Position numbers and translations under genes: made by a program
Shown: piece by piece, positions 25,876 through 40,892 of the stretch
Layout: every line of letters starts with the position of its first letter
How positions within the stretch are numbered: position 1 is the stretch's first letter
Notes under the pieces: generated by a model
Seen by the model: the letters and a program-made list of their open reading frames with translations, nothing else
The model's database searches: none
What the model was told of the DNA's origin: nothing
DNA from: Balanoglossus misakiensis
Taxonomy: Eukaryota > Animalia > Hemichordata
Reading direction: 5' to 3'
DNA length: 64,000 nucleotides
NCBI GenBank assembly: GCA_040954595.2
Contig: CM082593.2
Span: forward strand, 11,545,477-11,609,476

Positions 25876-28800
25876 ATGATGGCAGAACCAGAGGAACAGG
25901 AGCACCCAGCACCCGCTCAGGCGGTCCCAGGAGCAAACTCGCTCAACAGGCTGAAAGGTACACGAAGGGGTCACCGTGGATCCATGACAAGACTTCTCAA
26001 CAAAGCAGAGGATATCATCTCATCATTTGAAGAGAACGATGACAAGATCGAAGCTCTCGATACCCTCATCACCACGCGCGAACTGATAAACGCGAAATAC
26101 GACATTCTCGCATCCCTAGACTTGAAGATCATCGAATCCGTTGACGAAGGCGACCTCGAAGGCGTGATCGAGGAAACCGACGACTACTTGCATCAAGTTT
26201 TCGATAGCAAGCTCAAGATCGGCCGATTCATCGACAGAAATTCGCGAGCGACATCGCCCGACCGATCTTCCCACGAAGAAATCACTTCCGCGGCACCCTC
26301 CATTCAAAGGAAAACTACAAGTTTGCCGAAACTTCAGCTACCCGTCTTTTCGGGTGACATTCTCAAATGGGTCAGTTTCCACGACGCGTTCAAATCCGCT
26401 GTCCACGACGACAAGAATCTGGGTGACGTCCAGAAATTCCAATACTTACGCGCACAGCTTCAAGGCGAAGCCGCTCGATCGATCGAAGGTCTGTCATTGA
26501 CAAGTTCGAACTACGCACACGCGCTTCAACTTCTCACCGAACGTTATGGCAAAACACACAAGATTATAAGCGCCTACATGAAATCGCTGTGGGACATGCC
26601 GAGTCCAGAAGGCGAACTCAGCAGTCTACGAAACTTCTACGACACTCTAGAGAGTAATATTCGCGGTCTCCAATCTCTCGGTAAAAGCGAAGACGCGTAC
26701 GGAGATATACTTGTACCCATAGTCTTGGAAAAACTTCCCGGTAACACTCGCAAACAAATCGCACGAGAACACGGTAATAATGAATGGAAACTCGGCGACC
26801 TACGAAAGGCAATTCTCAAAGAAATCGACGCTCATCAAGCTGGCCTCTCCACCGCTGAATCCGACAGCGATTCTACATACGACGAATGCAAGCCGTCGAT
26901 GACCGCCGCGTTTCACACTAGATCCGCAACCCGTTTCGCTAGGGTGAATAAACCGAAATCGTGTGCGTTTTGCAAAGGGCAACATTTTGCCAATGAATGC
27001 ACAACCATTACCGATAAGAAGAAACGTCTTGACATCGTCAAACGCGACAAACTCTGTTTTAACTGCCTCGGCAGGCATCGAGTACACGATTGCAAATCGA
27101 GATTCAGTTGCCGTTCATGCAACAGAAAGCATCATACCTCGCTTCATACTGATCGAGCTTCGGACAGTTCGAAAACCCCGACGGAAGACGCGCGCACTCC
27201 TTCCGCTACACACGTTCAGTTCGCCCGTACTGAGAACTCGAGTCGCGAGAAAGCGAGAAACGGACCAATTCTCCTGAAAACCGCGGTCGTTCCAGTCTCT
27301 ACGAAATTTCAAACGACAATTGACGCCACAGTGTTATTCGACGAAGGCGCGACGCGTTCATTCGTGACCCAAGATTTCGCGACAAGACTCGGTTTAGAAC
27401 CGACCGGTACCGAGGTCATTAGACTGACTTCCTTCGGTGACAAATATCCGCGACAAAGATCGATCAATGCAGCGACCATTGCATTGCACACGCTTTCCGG
27501 CGAAAAGAAAGAGATAAACGTTCTCATCATTCCGCAGATTTCGACGCGAATGAAAAACTTTGTCAAGCAATCAGTTGCTGACTTGCCTCACCTACGCGGA
27601 GTAAACTTTGCTTACCCGGTATCGAACACCGATTCGGTCGAGATTTCCGTGTTAATAGGCGCGGACTACTATTGGGATTTTGTCGAAGATCGAGTTATTC
27701 GTGGCCCAGGCCCAACCGCTGTACGCTCGAAATTCGGTTACATACTGTCCGGTCCCGTTCACAAGACAAATTCGTCTGATAGCGATGCGACGATTTTTCA
27801 TGTTCTCTCAAACACGCACGACGAAGAGATTCAACTCCAAAATTATTGGAACCTCGAGACAATCGGTATTCAAGACGATTCGCAATCTGCTGCTATGGAT
27901 AACAATACCTTTGAAGATTACAGAGACACACATTTGCGCATCGAAAATGGCACATATATCGCGAAGTTGCCATGGAAGTCCAACCACCCGCCACTACCCA
28001 CTAACTACGGGGTCACTGATAATCGCACGCGTTCTATGGTGCGTAGGCTTTCACCGGACATTCTGAAAGCGTATGACAAAATCATTTCTGATCAGGAATC
28101 GCGAGATTTCATCGAAGAAGTACCAGGCGACATGGATACGCGCCGCACCGGTCACTACTTGCCCCATCGCCCCATGAAAAAAGATTCAGCCACTACGCCA
28201 ATCAGAATCGTGTATGATTGTAGTTGCAGGCAATCTACCGACACACCGAGTTTGAATGACTGCTTACAAACCGGCCCACCTCTGCTCAACGACCTCACAC
28301 AAATTCTACTTCGGTTTCGCGCAAACCGCTTTGCCTTTACGAGTGACATAGAAAAGGATTTTCTACATGTTCGACTTGACGAAAGCGATCGTCAATTTAC
28401 GAATTTTTTGTGGTTGTCTGATCCGACAGACCCGGAAAGCGACTTCAAAACATATCGCTTCAAAGTAGTTCTATTCGGTGCAGTTTGCTCGCCATTCATT
28501 TTAAACGCAGTCGTGAAAACCCCTCTCGAGTCCGCTCAATCCACGCCAACTTCCATCGATCTCAAAAATAATATCTACGTTGACAACATACTTAGCGGAG
28601 CTGATAGCCCGGGCGAAGCAGTTGGCTACTACAGAGAGTCAAACCGTCTGTTAGAATCTTGCGGATTCAATCTACGAAGTTGGTCGAGTAACTGTGAAGA
28701 TGTTCGCGCACTTGCTGCAAAGGATGATAAACTCGAACGCGCTACTGACGTGAACACACTAGGACTTCGCTGGTTAACCGAAACCGACGAACTCGCCTAC

Positions 28801-30976
28801 GCGAAGAAGAATCTCCAAATACCGGACAATCTCACTACGAAACGTGAAGTGGTTCGAACCACTGCCAGCTTATACGACCCCCTGGGGTATCTTTCGCCAG
28901 TTCTCATTAAGGCGAAACTGTTCATACAGCAACTGTGGATAAAAGGTCTCGCCTGGGACGAACCGCTAGAAAACGAACTCAATAAAGAGTGGACAGACAT
29001 CGCAAGAGAAATACGCGAAACGACCACGTTGAAACTCAATCGCCGATATTTTGACAACTCGCCTGTCAATCAAAACTATCAGCTCCACGTGTTCGCCGAC
29101 TCGAGCATGAAGCTTAGGCCTATGGAGCCGTCGCCTACTTACGACATGCCAATCAAACCGCGCTTTTCATGGCAAAGAATCGCGTGGCACCTCTCAAAGA
29201 GTTCACTCTCCCGCGCCTCGAACTGATGGCCGCCTTGATCGGTGCAAGGCTGTTGCAATTCGTCTCAAACTCCCTACAAGGCAAAATTCGCATCACAGAG
29301 AAAATTCTGTGGTCTGATAGTCAAATAGTCCTACATTGGTTGAACAGCGACAAGAAACTTCCGATCTTCGTTGCCAATCGTGTAAGAGAAACAAACGCGA
29401 TTTGCGAAATACTGTCCCACGGGGGACAATCCGGCAGATTTGCTGACCCGCGGGATTTCTACCGCTGATCTACGTGAGTCTGGCCTTTGGTGGAACGGCC
29501 CACCTTGGCTGAAACAAGGCGACTGGCCTATAAGCGAAGTGTTCGACAGCGCGATTCACCACGCACCGGTATCGACGGTGAATGAATCGGAACTTCTCCC
29601 CGCGAGTAACCCCCTCGAGACGAGACTTCAAAATGAAAAACTCGCGGACTGTTTGACCGCTAAACCCCAGACAACCGGAATACAACAAGTGATTGACGCG
29701 AATCGGTTCAGCACGTTGAACAAACTTCTCCGTGTCACCGCACAAGTGCTACGATTCGTTTCGAACATAAAACGGAACAGCACTCGGAAATTCGGTCCCC
29801 TCACAGCTGAGGAAATACAACATGCCGAAAACACATGGATCAAGGACACCCAAAAACAGACTTTCGGCGAAACAGGACAACGAGCCGCTCTGACGAAGCC
29901 GCTGAAACTTTTCACCGATGACAGAGACATCACAAGATGTGATAGCAGACTACATAACGCGCCAATTGGCTTCGACGCCAAATTCCCAATTCTGCTACCG
30001 CGAAACCATCGATTCACGGAACTCGTCATTCGCGACGCGCATTCGCGTTTACTTCACGCCGGAGTACAATCGACCGTAGCTCATTTACGGCAGAAATTCT
30101 GGATACCGAGAATACGCCGTACCGTGAGAGCTCTACTGAGTAAGTGTGTCACATGCCGCAAAATCAACGGGCACGCCTACAGCTACCCAAGACAAGCACC
30201 GCTACAAGCAGATCGTGTGAAAACAGCCCCGCCTTTCAACGTAACCGGAGTTGACTTCACCGGAGCGTTGTACATCAAATCGCCCAAACCTGTACGAGAG
30301 AAAAAGGTGTATGTCTGCCTGTTCACTTGCGCTGTTACACGCGCCGTGCATTTGGAACTTGTTGACGACTTGTCCGCGAATAGCTTTCTACAAGCATTCC
30401 GCCGTTTCGCTGCAAGACGCAATAAAGAAGGTCTTAGGACGCGCCTACGTGACATTCAATGAACTGTATACCTTACTGCCCGAAGTTGAGGCCGTAATAA
30501 ACGACCGACCGATCACATATGTTTCTTCGGATGCTGAAGACGCCGTGCCGTTGACGCCCGCTCATTTATTACACGGACGCCCCTTGACAACGGTACCTTA
30601 TCTCACCGTCGAAGACGATGAACTCACCGACCCGACCTACGGTAACCATAGCGTTCTAAACAAGCGCTACACTCTGATGACTACGCTCCAGACGCGATTT
30701 TGGCGACGATGGGTATCGGAATATTTGCCCGCGCTACGTGAAAACCACTCGCCAATAGGGAGTCCCGGCAACAAGATACAGGTTGGGGACGTGGTCCTTG
30801 TACATGAAGACGTCAAACGGCGCCTGGAATGGACTTTGGCTACGGTGGAACGACTGAACTACGGACGCGACAACCTAGTTCGATCAGCGGAAATCAGAAC
30901 CGCCAAGGGACACACCACAAGGCCAGTGAGCAAACTCTTCCCGCTGGAAGTGAACTCGCGCTCCGTATCGACATGA
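25876..30976 (+). pseudogene. BEL/Pao gag-pol polyprotein, frameshifted, integrase core deleted
   Basis: LPKLQLPVFSGD gag, three Cys/His knuckles (CAFC, CFNC, CRSC), LFDEGA protease, YVDN RT, FADSS RNase H, H..H..CVTC zinc finger and GVDFTG integrase. Frameshifts near 29115 and 29400. A deletion near 30418 joins RRFAARR to IKKVLGRA. Confidence 0.93.
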
Positions 30977-33900
30977 AGTGGACATTGACATTGTCTGTGT
31001 TTCAATGACAATCGAACAATGGACAATCTGATTTTTCTAGTTTGAATGTATTTCAGAATTTTCTAGTTTATTTTTTGATTTCTTGTTCGCTTTTGCGGCC
31101 CGGGAGAATATCGGAGATGCTAAAAACTCTGACCATGAGTCATTTTGAGGATCACAGCTCGGATACTTTGAGCCAATCAGAGCTGAGTATTTTAGCCCAA
31201 TCAGAGGCCTAGTTAATCACCAAATGACATCTTTCCCGCCAAAACAAAATTTGCTACTTTTTTGGCTGGCGTTTTGTGCTTGTGAAGTCACTTCTTGAGT
31301 GACCTTCAATAAAAGCTGTTTAAAGGTTGTACAGCTGCGTCCCGCTCCTGTAATTTCCCCTGCCATCCCCCAGAACCTTGTTCATAAATCCACCCCAGAC
31401 ATAAAGTACGTCACATCAGCTAAACCAGGCCGTAGGAAATCCGACGTAATCACCGTTGATAACTTACGCCAGTCTGTGTCATATAGAGCCGGTGCACCAG
31501 CCGAGTCACGCCGTAGGAAATCTGACTTGATCAACGTGGTCAATGTACGCCTGTTTCTGCTCTAGAGTGCCGGGGCTTCAGCTGAGCCAGGCCGTAGGAA
31601 ACCCGACGTGATTATCGTTGTTAACTTACGCCAGTCTGTGTCCTATATATAGTGCCGGGGCATCAGCCGTGCCAGGCCGAAGGAAATGTGAGTAGATCAA
31701 CGACGTCTCTGTACGCGTGTTTCTGCTCTAGAGTGCCAGGGCTTTAGCCAAGCCATGCCGTAGGAAATCTGACTTGATCAACGTGGTCTCTGTACGCGTG
31801 TTTCTGCTCTAGAGTGCCGTGGCTTTATCCAAGCCATGCCGTAGAAAATCAGACTTGATCACCGTTGCTAACGTACGCTAGTGTCTGTCATATTGTGACG
31901 GAGATTTAGCCAAGCCAGGCCGTAAAAAAATCGACTTGTTCAACGTTACCAGTGTGCAACTGTTTCTGCTCTAGAGTGTCAGGGTTTTAGCCGACTTATG
32001 CTGTAGGAAATCTGAGTTGATGAACGGGAATTCAATGTTAGAAAACCCGTGTGGAATGTATCTCTACCCGTTTGAAACTAAGAAAAGAATTTATTCTTAT
32101 TTATTTTGTAAAAAAGACAATTTTTTCGAAAACAAGTCGAAAATGGTAATTTTGTCTTGGGTGATTCAAATTATACCACCTTTTCTGGAATTTGCAGCAC
32201 TTTTTACAAGAGAACGACACTTCATGCTCCATAATATTTCCGAAAATGAAGAAAAGAGTTAATTTTTTATGATTTTTTAAAAATTTACCATTTTTGTCAA
32301 AATATGGCCAAAATGGCTATTTTTTCTTGAATTCCGTCAATATCTCTGCATTTTTGGGGTGGTCGAAAGTTTTAACATACAATCAACATGTCATATATGA
32401 TCGGGGCACCAAATTCGAAGAACAAAGGTTTTTTTATTTTTTTTTTCTAAAAATGACATTTTCAAGGAAAATTTGGTAAAACGCAATTTTGTCTGCAGTG
32501 AGCCAAATTAGACGGTCTTTTGTGGAATTTGTATCGATATATACATACGAAGAGCATTCTATACTCCATCAGATTTCCGAAAATGTAGAAAACAGGTATT
32601 TTTTTGTAATTTTGAAAAATTTGCCATTTTGACCAAATTGTGGCTAAAATTGTTATTTTCGTGTTGAATGCCGCCAGTGTCACTGCTTTTAAAAGTCATA
32701 AAAACTTTTAACATACAAGCAATTCTTTATATATCATCAGGTCACCGAATTAAAAAAAATAAAGAATGTTTTGCCTAAAAATGACCTTTTAGGTGCAAAA
32801 ACGAATAAAACGTAATTTTGTATTAAATCAGCTCATTCAGAGTGCATTTTTTATAATCAGAACCATTTTTACATAAATTGGAAATTTCATACATCATCAG
32901 ATATCCAAATATGAAAAAATGATTTAGATTTTAGATGATTGTCCAAAATTAGCTGATATCTAATAAATGTAGTATTGAACCGTTCTGTTTCCCCCCCCCC
33001 CCCTTTACATTATATGCGGTACGCCGATGTCAGCTTACCCGGCAGTACTGCAGGCCGTGCCCCCAACTAACGTTGGTGTTTGAAACGCCCTGGTTAAATT
33101 CGGGCTTTCTCTATAAATTGACAGGCAATAATGCAGTCCTACCCGAACAAATGTCGAGTGTTGACCCGCTGTGACTTTCCCTCTTCGGTTTGCCCGACTT
33201 AGCCAACGTCTTTGTACTAGAGTGTCGGGTCTTTTGCAGAGCCAGGCCGAAGGAAATCCGACTTGATCACCGTTGCTAACGAACGCTAGTGTCTGTCATG
33301 GTGTGCCGGGGTTTTAGTCGAGCCAGACAGAAGGAGATCTGACTTGATCATCGTGGTCAATGTACGCGTGTTTCCGCTCTTAAGTGCCGGGGCTTCAGCT
33401 AAACCAGGCCGTAGGAAATCCGACGTAATCACCGTTGATAACTTACGCCAGTCTGTGTCATATAGAGCCGGTGCACCAGCCGAGTCACGCCGTAGGAAAT
33501 CTGACTTGATCAACGTGGTCAATGTTTCTGCTCTAGAGTGCCGGGACTTCAGCTGAGCCAGGCCGTAGGAAACCTGACGTGATTACCGTTGTCAACTTAC
33601 GCCAGTCTGTGTCCTATATATTGTGACGGAAACCCAGGCGTTCCGCCTATTGAAAACCGGTAGCGCAGACGGACCCGCTCGAGCCTCTCACAAACAGCGC
33701 TGTCTTCACACGCGGCGGTAGGAACTCGCCGGAAAGCAAGCGTCTCGTCGAAGAAATCTGCCCACACCGAGCAGCTGAGGTAAACACGTCTCAGATCTCG
33801 CGATCGGTGACCCGGGGCCGGCTATCCGGGAGGGATAAAACAGGACTAAACAGGAAAAGTCGCCCAGGGCCGAAACCGGGGTTCCTTCCTCAACAGATCC

Positions 33901-34648
33901 ACGCCAAAACTCTCCAAAACAACATGGTTGCAGGCTAAAAACGAGGCTAAACATGTGACCCAGAACGCACTTCTAATTGGTGTAGATACACCAAGGGCAA
34001 GATGGGGAAACCCTTCCATCCTTGTCAATCATACAAGACAGCCCAAAACGGTCACCACGACAGTGAAGCCATAGAAAAACACCATGCCAAATAATAAATC
34101 ACATGGAATAGCAATTCCATAACAACGCCCCCAACCTCGGCTTCGAAGTCCCTTGAGAACAGGAATAACTAAAATATAGGAAAGAAGGAAGAAAGGGGAA
34201 TAACCAGCCCTGAACCAATCCGATCAGGGAAAACTTGCAATAACTGCAAGGTCCCAACTGTCTGTCAACAACATAAACCGTCGTCGTAGTAACACAACCA
34301 AAAACCGCTGCCATGTGCTAAATGCACACCTGTCATCGTCTTATGTCAAGTCCAAGCAGCTAAACAACTAACCTGCTAATCTGTCATAGGTCCTACCTAC
34401 CTACAAACAAGTTGCATGTATACAACCCCTGCAACTAACACAGAAAACACTATAACACTAGCAAAAGTCATAGCAAAAATCTGTCGAACAATCAGTAAAT
34501 AGCATTTACTTTGTCAAACTCTAACTACTGAAAATCCTCATCTCAGAACAAGCACAAATCTTACTCTATAGTGAAAAAATGGCTCAGAAAAACACTGAAA
34601 ACTTCAGAAAAATCTGGTATCAAAAACCACTCAAAGCTCAAGAAAACT

Positions 34649-37600
34649 TTAAATTCTCATTTCAAATGCACTGAACAATGTAGCATTATAACCATAGAAC
34701 TCAGGCGGCTTCCTCTGTCGCCTAGGATACTTGGACTGCCTTGTGGCTTCCTGACTTTCAACCACAAAATCACCGTGACAAACACTGTCACTGTCTACAA
34801 CTAAATCTGGAGCACTACTCTCTTTCTGCATCTCTGTTGGCCCCTCAGCAGAATCAGCTACAAACTCTGATTCAGAATCCTGACCAGTGCCAACTTCAGC
34901 TTCGCTAACACTAACTTTCTCTTTGACATCAAAATCTTTGAAAGAGACTACTTTTGACTTGCTCACTTCAACTTTAGTAGTTGGCAAGTCCCCAGCTGAA
35001 GGTTTACCAACCTGCAGCCGCTGGTCAATGGGTAACATGTTCACCTTATCTAACCAGGAAGTGAGATCCTTCCCTTGATAAGCTTTCAACTTCTCAAAAT
35101 GCACAATTTTGGGTTTAGCTCGTGGGCTCCTCTGTATGCGATAAACTACATCAGACAATCTACTGATAATCAGATATGGACCTTCATATGACAACTGAAG
35201 CTTTTGCGAATACCCTTTCCGCCTCCTTTCATCTTTTAACCATACAAAATTCCCCACATGAAATCCCTGCTTTGTAGCAAAACGATCATATCGCACTTTC
35301 TGTCTGCGAGCTGTCGTTTGTAACTGCGACCTAGCATGTTCATGCACTTCATGCAATCTTTCTCTCAAATCGGAAACATAATCAGTCTCCTTCGACCGAT
35401 CTGGTCGCTCAGATGTAACTGCAACATCCAACGGGTATATCAAGTCTCTACCTAGCATTAACATGTTTGGTGTCTCCCCGGTTGAGGGATGCACACTGCT
35501 ACGGTAAGCAAATGTGGCAAGACTCAAGTTCTTGTCCCAATCCGACTGATTCTCACGAGGGTCCATATATGTACGAATGTAACTAACAATTTGCTGATTG
35601 AATCTCTCCACAAAACCATTCGACTGTGGGTGCCTAGGGGTTGTGTAAGTCTTGTTTACTCCCAGGAGGTTACACACTTCCTTAAAAACATTCGACACAA
35701 AATTCCTACCCAAGTCGCTATGACACTCTAGTGGCATACCAAAAAGTTATCCAGCAAAACTCTTGCAATAGTAACAGCCTCCTCATTTGGCACGGCATAC
35801 GCCTCCATCCACTTAGAGAAGTAGTCCCCCACCACAAGTACTTTCTTATTTCCTGCACTTGATTCTGGGAATGGACCCAATACATCAATCGCTATTCTTT
35901 CCATTGGAGCACCGACAACATAAGACTGCAAGGGCGCAGGCTTTCTCACCCTCTGCTTCTTATTACGAGCACACATATCACATGCCCTCACATGAGCGCG
36001 CACATCTACGGACATGCCAAACCAGTGATATTTCAACCTGATTATGCTCAAAGTACGACCAGTACCGCTATGTCCTCCAAACAACGAATCATGGAGAGTC
36101 TGTAGGACCAGCCCTACATAAACCTTAGGCAGCACCAGTTGCCACCTGACTATTTTACCATCTGGTGATTCCCATAACCTGTACAGAATGCCATCATGAA
36201 CACGCAAATGCTCATACATTGACCAATAAGACTTCAACGCAGGCGAACGAAATGACACTTCAGACCACTGTGGCTTGTCCTTACCAGACTCCACACATTG
36301 CATAAGAAAACCAATGTTCGGGTCACTCATTTGTTGTTTGCGTAATTCTTCCCGTGACCATAAGGGACCATGGTCGACCATGACATTATCACTGCACATT
36401 TTCTCATCACTCAGATCATCCTCGGGAGCAAATGTTTTGTGCACAAAACCTCCTTTTTGGTCAAGGCGTCCCCAAACCTCAAACTCATCCTCTACCGGAC
36501 CTTTCCGAGTTCCCGCTCCCTCAATGGCCCGATCCCTTGCCCCAACAAAAGACAGGTCATCCCCGTTCTGATCCTCAACCGGTTCAGAACAATTGTCACC
36601 GTGCTGTCTACCGCACTGTTTACATGGGCGCAATGGTACCCTACTCAACGCATCAGCGTTCGTGTGTTTATTCCCTGAACGGTGAACAATTCGGAAATCA
36701 AACGCACTCAAAGCCTCTAGCCAGCGGGCCAATTGCCCCTCGGGATTTTTATACCGAAGTAACCAGACTAGAGATGCATGATCTGTTCTGATCATAAATG
36801 GTCTACCTAACAAGTAGTGTCTAAAATGCTTGGCAAAGTATACCACTGCCAACAATTCCTTTCGCGTGACACAATAGTTCTTTTCCTGAGAACTCAGTAC
36901 ACGATTTCCAAAGCTAATGGGACGTTCCACTCCATCCTGAATTTGGCTAAGACAAGCACCAATCGAGGAGTGAGAAGCATCAGTATCCAGAATAAATTCT
37001 CCCTTCTCTGATGGGAAGGCCAACACAGGAGGTGATGACAGTAGATCTTTCAACCGATCAAAAGCTATCTGACATTCATCACTCCACACAAAAATGACAT
37101 TTTTCTTCGTCAAATCTGTAAGGGGCTTTGCAATTTCCGCAAAGTTCTGTATAAACCTCCGATAATACGAAGCAAGCCCAACAAAACTGCGTACATCAGT
37201 CAAAGATGTAGGTACGGGCCAATTTCTCAGTGTTTGAACCTTTTTCGGATCGGTTGACACACCCTCAGCCGACACAACATGTCCCAGGAATTCTACTTGA
37301 ACTGCAAACAAAGTACACTTCTTTGCTTTTAACTTCAGACCTGCTTCACGCAATTTGTTGAAAACAGTCTGCAACCGTTCCAATTCCTGCTCAAAAGATT
37401 CCCCAAACACAATAATGTCATCCAAATAGAGTAATAAAATTTCCCATTGCAATCCTTGAAAAACCTTTTCCATCAATCTTTCAAAAGTGCCAGGTGCACC
37501 GCACAATCCCATGGGCATTGTAGTCCATTCCAACAATTTACCAGAAGAAGTCACTATTGCAGACTTTTCTCTACTTTCCTTATCAAGCTTGACCTGATGA

Positions 37601-39171
37601 AATCCCATATTCAAATCAAGGGTGGAAAACCAGCAAGCACCATGCATTGCTTCTAAATTGTCCTGTATTCTTGGAATAGGTTGGGCATTCTGAATTGTGA
37701 CTGCATTGAGTCTCCTGTAATCAACTACTAATCTCTGTGTAGAATCCTTTTTCTTGACCAACAAACATGGCGAACTCCAAGGCGATGTTGACTCGACTAA
37801 CATGCCTTTGTCTACAAATGATTGAACTTGTCTCTCTATTTCAGTCTTTTTCCAAAATGGCGCACGATACGGTGCCACTTTCACTGGGGTAGCCTGTTGT
37901 GTATCAATCCTGTGCTCAACAACATCGGTCAAACCCAAGTCATACGCATTCTTGCTAAAAACATCAGAATTATTTATCAACAGCGTTTGTACTTGTTCCT
38001 TTTGTTCGTCAGACTCAAGATGTTGCACACTACGATGATACAAATCCACTAAATGTGATGGCAATTTCTCAATGCCACGGGAAACAGATTTCCCATTGTT
38101 ATCATGCTTTTCACAAGTGTTGCCACTAGAGGGCGCACTATTTTGCACAACAGCTGATTTGTCACACTGATTCATGTCAACAGGAGAGCTGACATTACAA
38201 TCAACTGCTCTCTCCAGTCTGTACAAACCTACGACCTGACCTCGTTTGACCTCTATGTCCTTTATCCCTAAATTAATGACTCTTACAGGTAATAACCGTT
38301 GACCCGGGTTTACCAGGGTAGACGCTGTACCCATCCCCTCAGGAAAATCCTTTAACATGGCTGTAGGCTCTACAGTAGCCACTAACTCAGACAAACACAG
38401 CATATCCGCTGCAGACCTTTCACAGTGAGATGCCCGTGAACTTTGACCTTTCAGACTTTCATGACCTAGCTGACCTTTTCTAGGTTGTTTTGCCATTCTG
38501 GCTGGAATAATTGCTTCATGACCAGCTGGAATTATTTCATGAGAAGCAGCCTGTAATCTACAACTAAATGGTTTCAACCTTTCAGGACTTGTGGATAAAA
38601 CTTGGTCGCCCACAGAAACTGTACAATTTTGTAAATTGAGACTACAACCAAATTTAGTCAAAACATCCATACCCAGGATTCCTGGAGATCCATCGAGATA
38701 ATTTCCAACAAGAACAGAAGTGTCAATTTTCTCAGAACCAATCTCGATCTGCACAGCAACGCTGCCTGCTATATCAAGTTTTGAACCATTTGCTTGCACA
38801 ATATATAGTCCAGTTTCAGTCAAATGAGGACGCACATTGTCTGGCATACTATTAAAATAGTCAAATGAAATCAATGTGTGTGTACATCCAGTGTCAACAA
38901 GCATTTTGCTAGGCACCCCTTGGAATTTCACATCCAGCATCATACTGTTGACTGCATCATTACCATTTGTTTCAATGTGCTTCACCTTGTTATCATTCAC
39001 TTTACATTTACAAGGAGCACACCTATCAACATCATCAGTTTCAACAACTGCAGTGCTGGTGTGCAGACGGGTTTGCTCACTGCTTTTGTTAATGACCTTT
39101 GACCTCGTCTGAGACACTTCTTCTCCAGACTGATTTACTGGGACTGCTCGACGGTCAGCACGGACAGTCAT
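34649..39171 (-). pseudogene. Gypsy pol (protease, RT, RNase H, integrase; frameshift near 35735)
   Basis: LVDTGC protease, YLDD RT, DTDAS RNase H, H..GH..CDMC zinc finger, IAIDV / HSDLG / VERFN integrase triad and EGPY module, over ORFs 35728-39171 and 34649-35737. Confidence 0.93.
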
Positions 39172-40510
39172 TTGGGGTTTAACTGACTCTTATCTGTTTT
39201 ACCCTTCTGCTCTTTCTGTTTAACCTGAGGTTCTGGACAGTCTCTTTTCAAATGACCAGAACGGTTACAATTCCAGCAGAGCCTTTGCTTTTTCTCAACT
39301 GTTGTTGTCTCACTAGAACTATTTTCCAACTTGTCAAGTCTTTTCATAATTTTTGCAAACATCTCCTGTGTATCAACCCTCACAGTAGACTGGCTATTTT
39401 CACCATCCAAAGCCTGAGACACTTTGCCCCTAGAACGGCCATGTTTCTGCAAAGTTTGAAAGCTTTCTTCTAACAAAACCGCCCGCAGGACACTGTCCAG
39501 GGTTGCATCAGATAACTGACTAGCTTCATGTATTTTTCTCTGCAATGACATATCAGGGATTGCCTCGAAAAATGTCTCAATGCACAACCGTTCAATATTG
39601 AACCTGTGACACCAGGGTAAGCCTTTATGATTATTTCACGGACTTGCTGAGCCAATTCACGCAGGGACTGGTTTTTACCACATACAATTGTTTTCACCGA
39701 AAGTCTGTAAACATCTTGCATGTGTGTAGTGCCAAACCGTTGACCCAGAATTGCACAAAGCTCATCATAACGTTTCACATTGCCACACCCGTGAGAAACA
39801 AAGCGTAATGCCCTGCCCCGTAGACGAGACATCAGAATGTTATACTTCTGATCAGGAGACCAACCGTTCAGTTCAGAACAAATATCAAAATGAGTCTTAA
39901 ACTCGCTGAAATCAGTACTACCATCATACGCCTCTGGCTTGACGAAATGAAATTTTGTTTGTGTAGTACCAGTTCCTGTATTACTGACAAACCCATTCCC
40001 ATGGGAACTATCCCTTCCCACACCGTCAGGAGAACCCCCAGAAATATTTCCCATCATTGATGATGTTACTGAATTGTCCTGACCCGGATATGACAGCACT
40101 TCAGGTGTTACCGCCGCCTGACGCGTGAGGGCGCTGTCCACTATGCTTGGCTTAGGTGTACTATGGACACTACCTAAATTTACCTCGCCCCCCTTCCCAA
40201 ACGTTTGCATAAATGTTTGAAGTTGTTGTGCCATATCACAAACTGATCGTTCCATTGTATCTAGTCGTCTACCGACCTCGCGTTCATCCCCAGTATTCCG
40301 ACTAACTGCCCCTGAGGACACGCTCAGATGTCTACCACGACCCCTGCCTAACCTTCTCCCTGTGCCCGATGAAACGAGCGGAGTTTTCAGGGCTTCATCA
40401 GAAATGACCGTAGAATTGACGTCTGTTCTCTCATACCCAGAATCAAACCTACTGTTGAAAACAACCTCCCTGTCCTGCGATAAATTCGTATTCCCTGTAT
40501 AAGTAGCCAT
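39168..40510 (-). pseudogene. Gypsy gag (frameshift near 39590)
   Basis: KPEAYDGSTDFSEFKTHFDICSELNGWS capsid-like motif and CWNCNRSGHLKRDC zinc knuckle, split over ORFs 39470-40612 and 39168-39587. Likely ATG at 40510. Confidence 0.88.
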
Positions 40511-40873
40511 GATGCAATTTCCGGGCACAATGTTTTCTATGTAAAAAGAACACCTAAAATCGAACCGTCGACACAGAGATCTGTTCGGACGATAAATGCC
40601 TAAAATGAACACTGTATAGCTCCAAAATCACAGCAAAAGAAGGCGATACAAAAGCCTGCGGTTACCGTGTCGCACTGACCTGCGTTAACAGATCCCGTAA
40701 GGAGTACGGTGCCCAGAGTGCTAAACACGCCACAAACTCCTGTGACCTCTCTTTTGCACACAGCAATACAACCGTTCTCAACAAACAACATTCATCGACC
40801 AAACCTGACCGCTGAGTCGATCCAGACCTTGGCGAATATTCGAAAGGGGTCTCTGAACCAAAGTTGCCCTAAC

Positions 40874-40892
40874 AATCCCGCAGATGCCACCA
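40874..40892 (-). promoter_or_regulatory. Primer-binding site, tRNA-Leu-like
   Basis: Minus-strand TGGTGGCATCTGCGGGATT lies 2 nt from the LTR. It has 3 mismatches to the recalled tRNA-Leu complement TGGTGGCAGCGGTGGGATT. Confidence 0.6.

Larger units (their letters stand above)
25538..31415 (+). mobile_element. BEL/Pao LTR retrotransposon, both LTRs present, defective
   Basis: 307-bp LTRs at 25538-25844 and 31109-31415 with about 5 mismatches. 5-bp TSD TCAGC at 25533-25537 and 31416-31420. PBS at 25849, PPT GGGAGAA at 31102-31108. Domain order gag-PR-RT-RH-INT. Confidence 0.97.

Noticed and set aside
29116-29120. 5-bp insertion CTTAG in BEL RNase H as a DNA-transposon excision footprint
   Set aside because: It is too short to distinguish from an ordinary indel.
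33618-33630. Gypsy-1 LTR start TGTGACGGA matches a satellite monomer variant (ATATTGTGACGGA) in the same register
   Set aside because: The other LTR begins identically and a TSD is present, so this is normal integration. A 9-nt match involving a common LTR start is plausibly chance.
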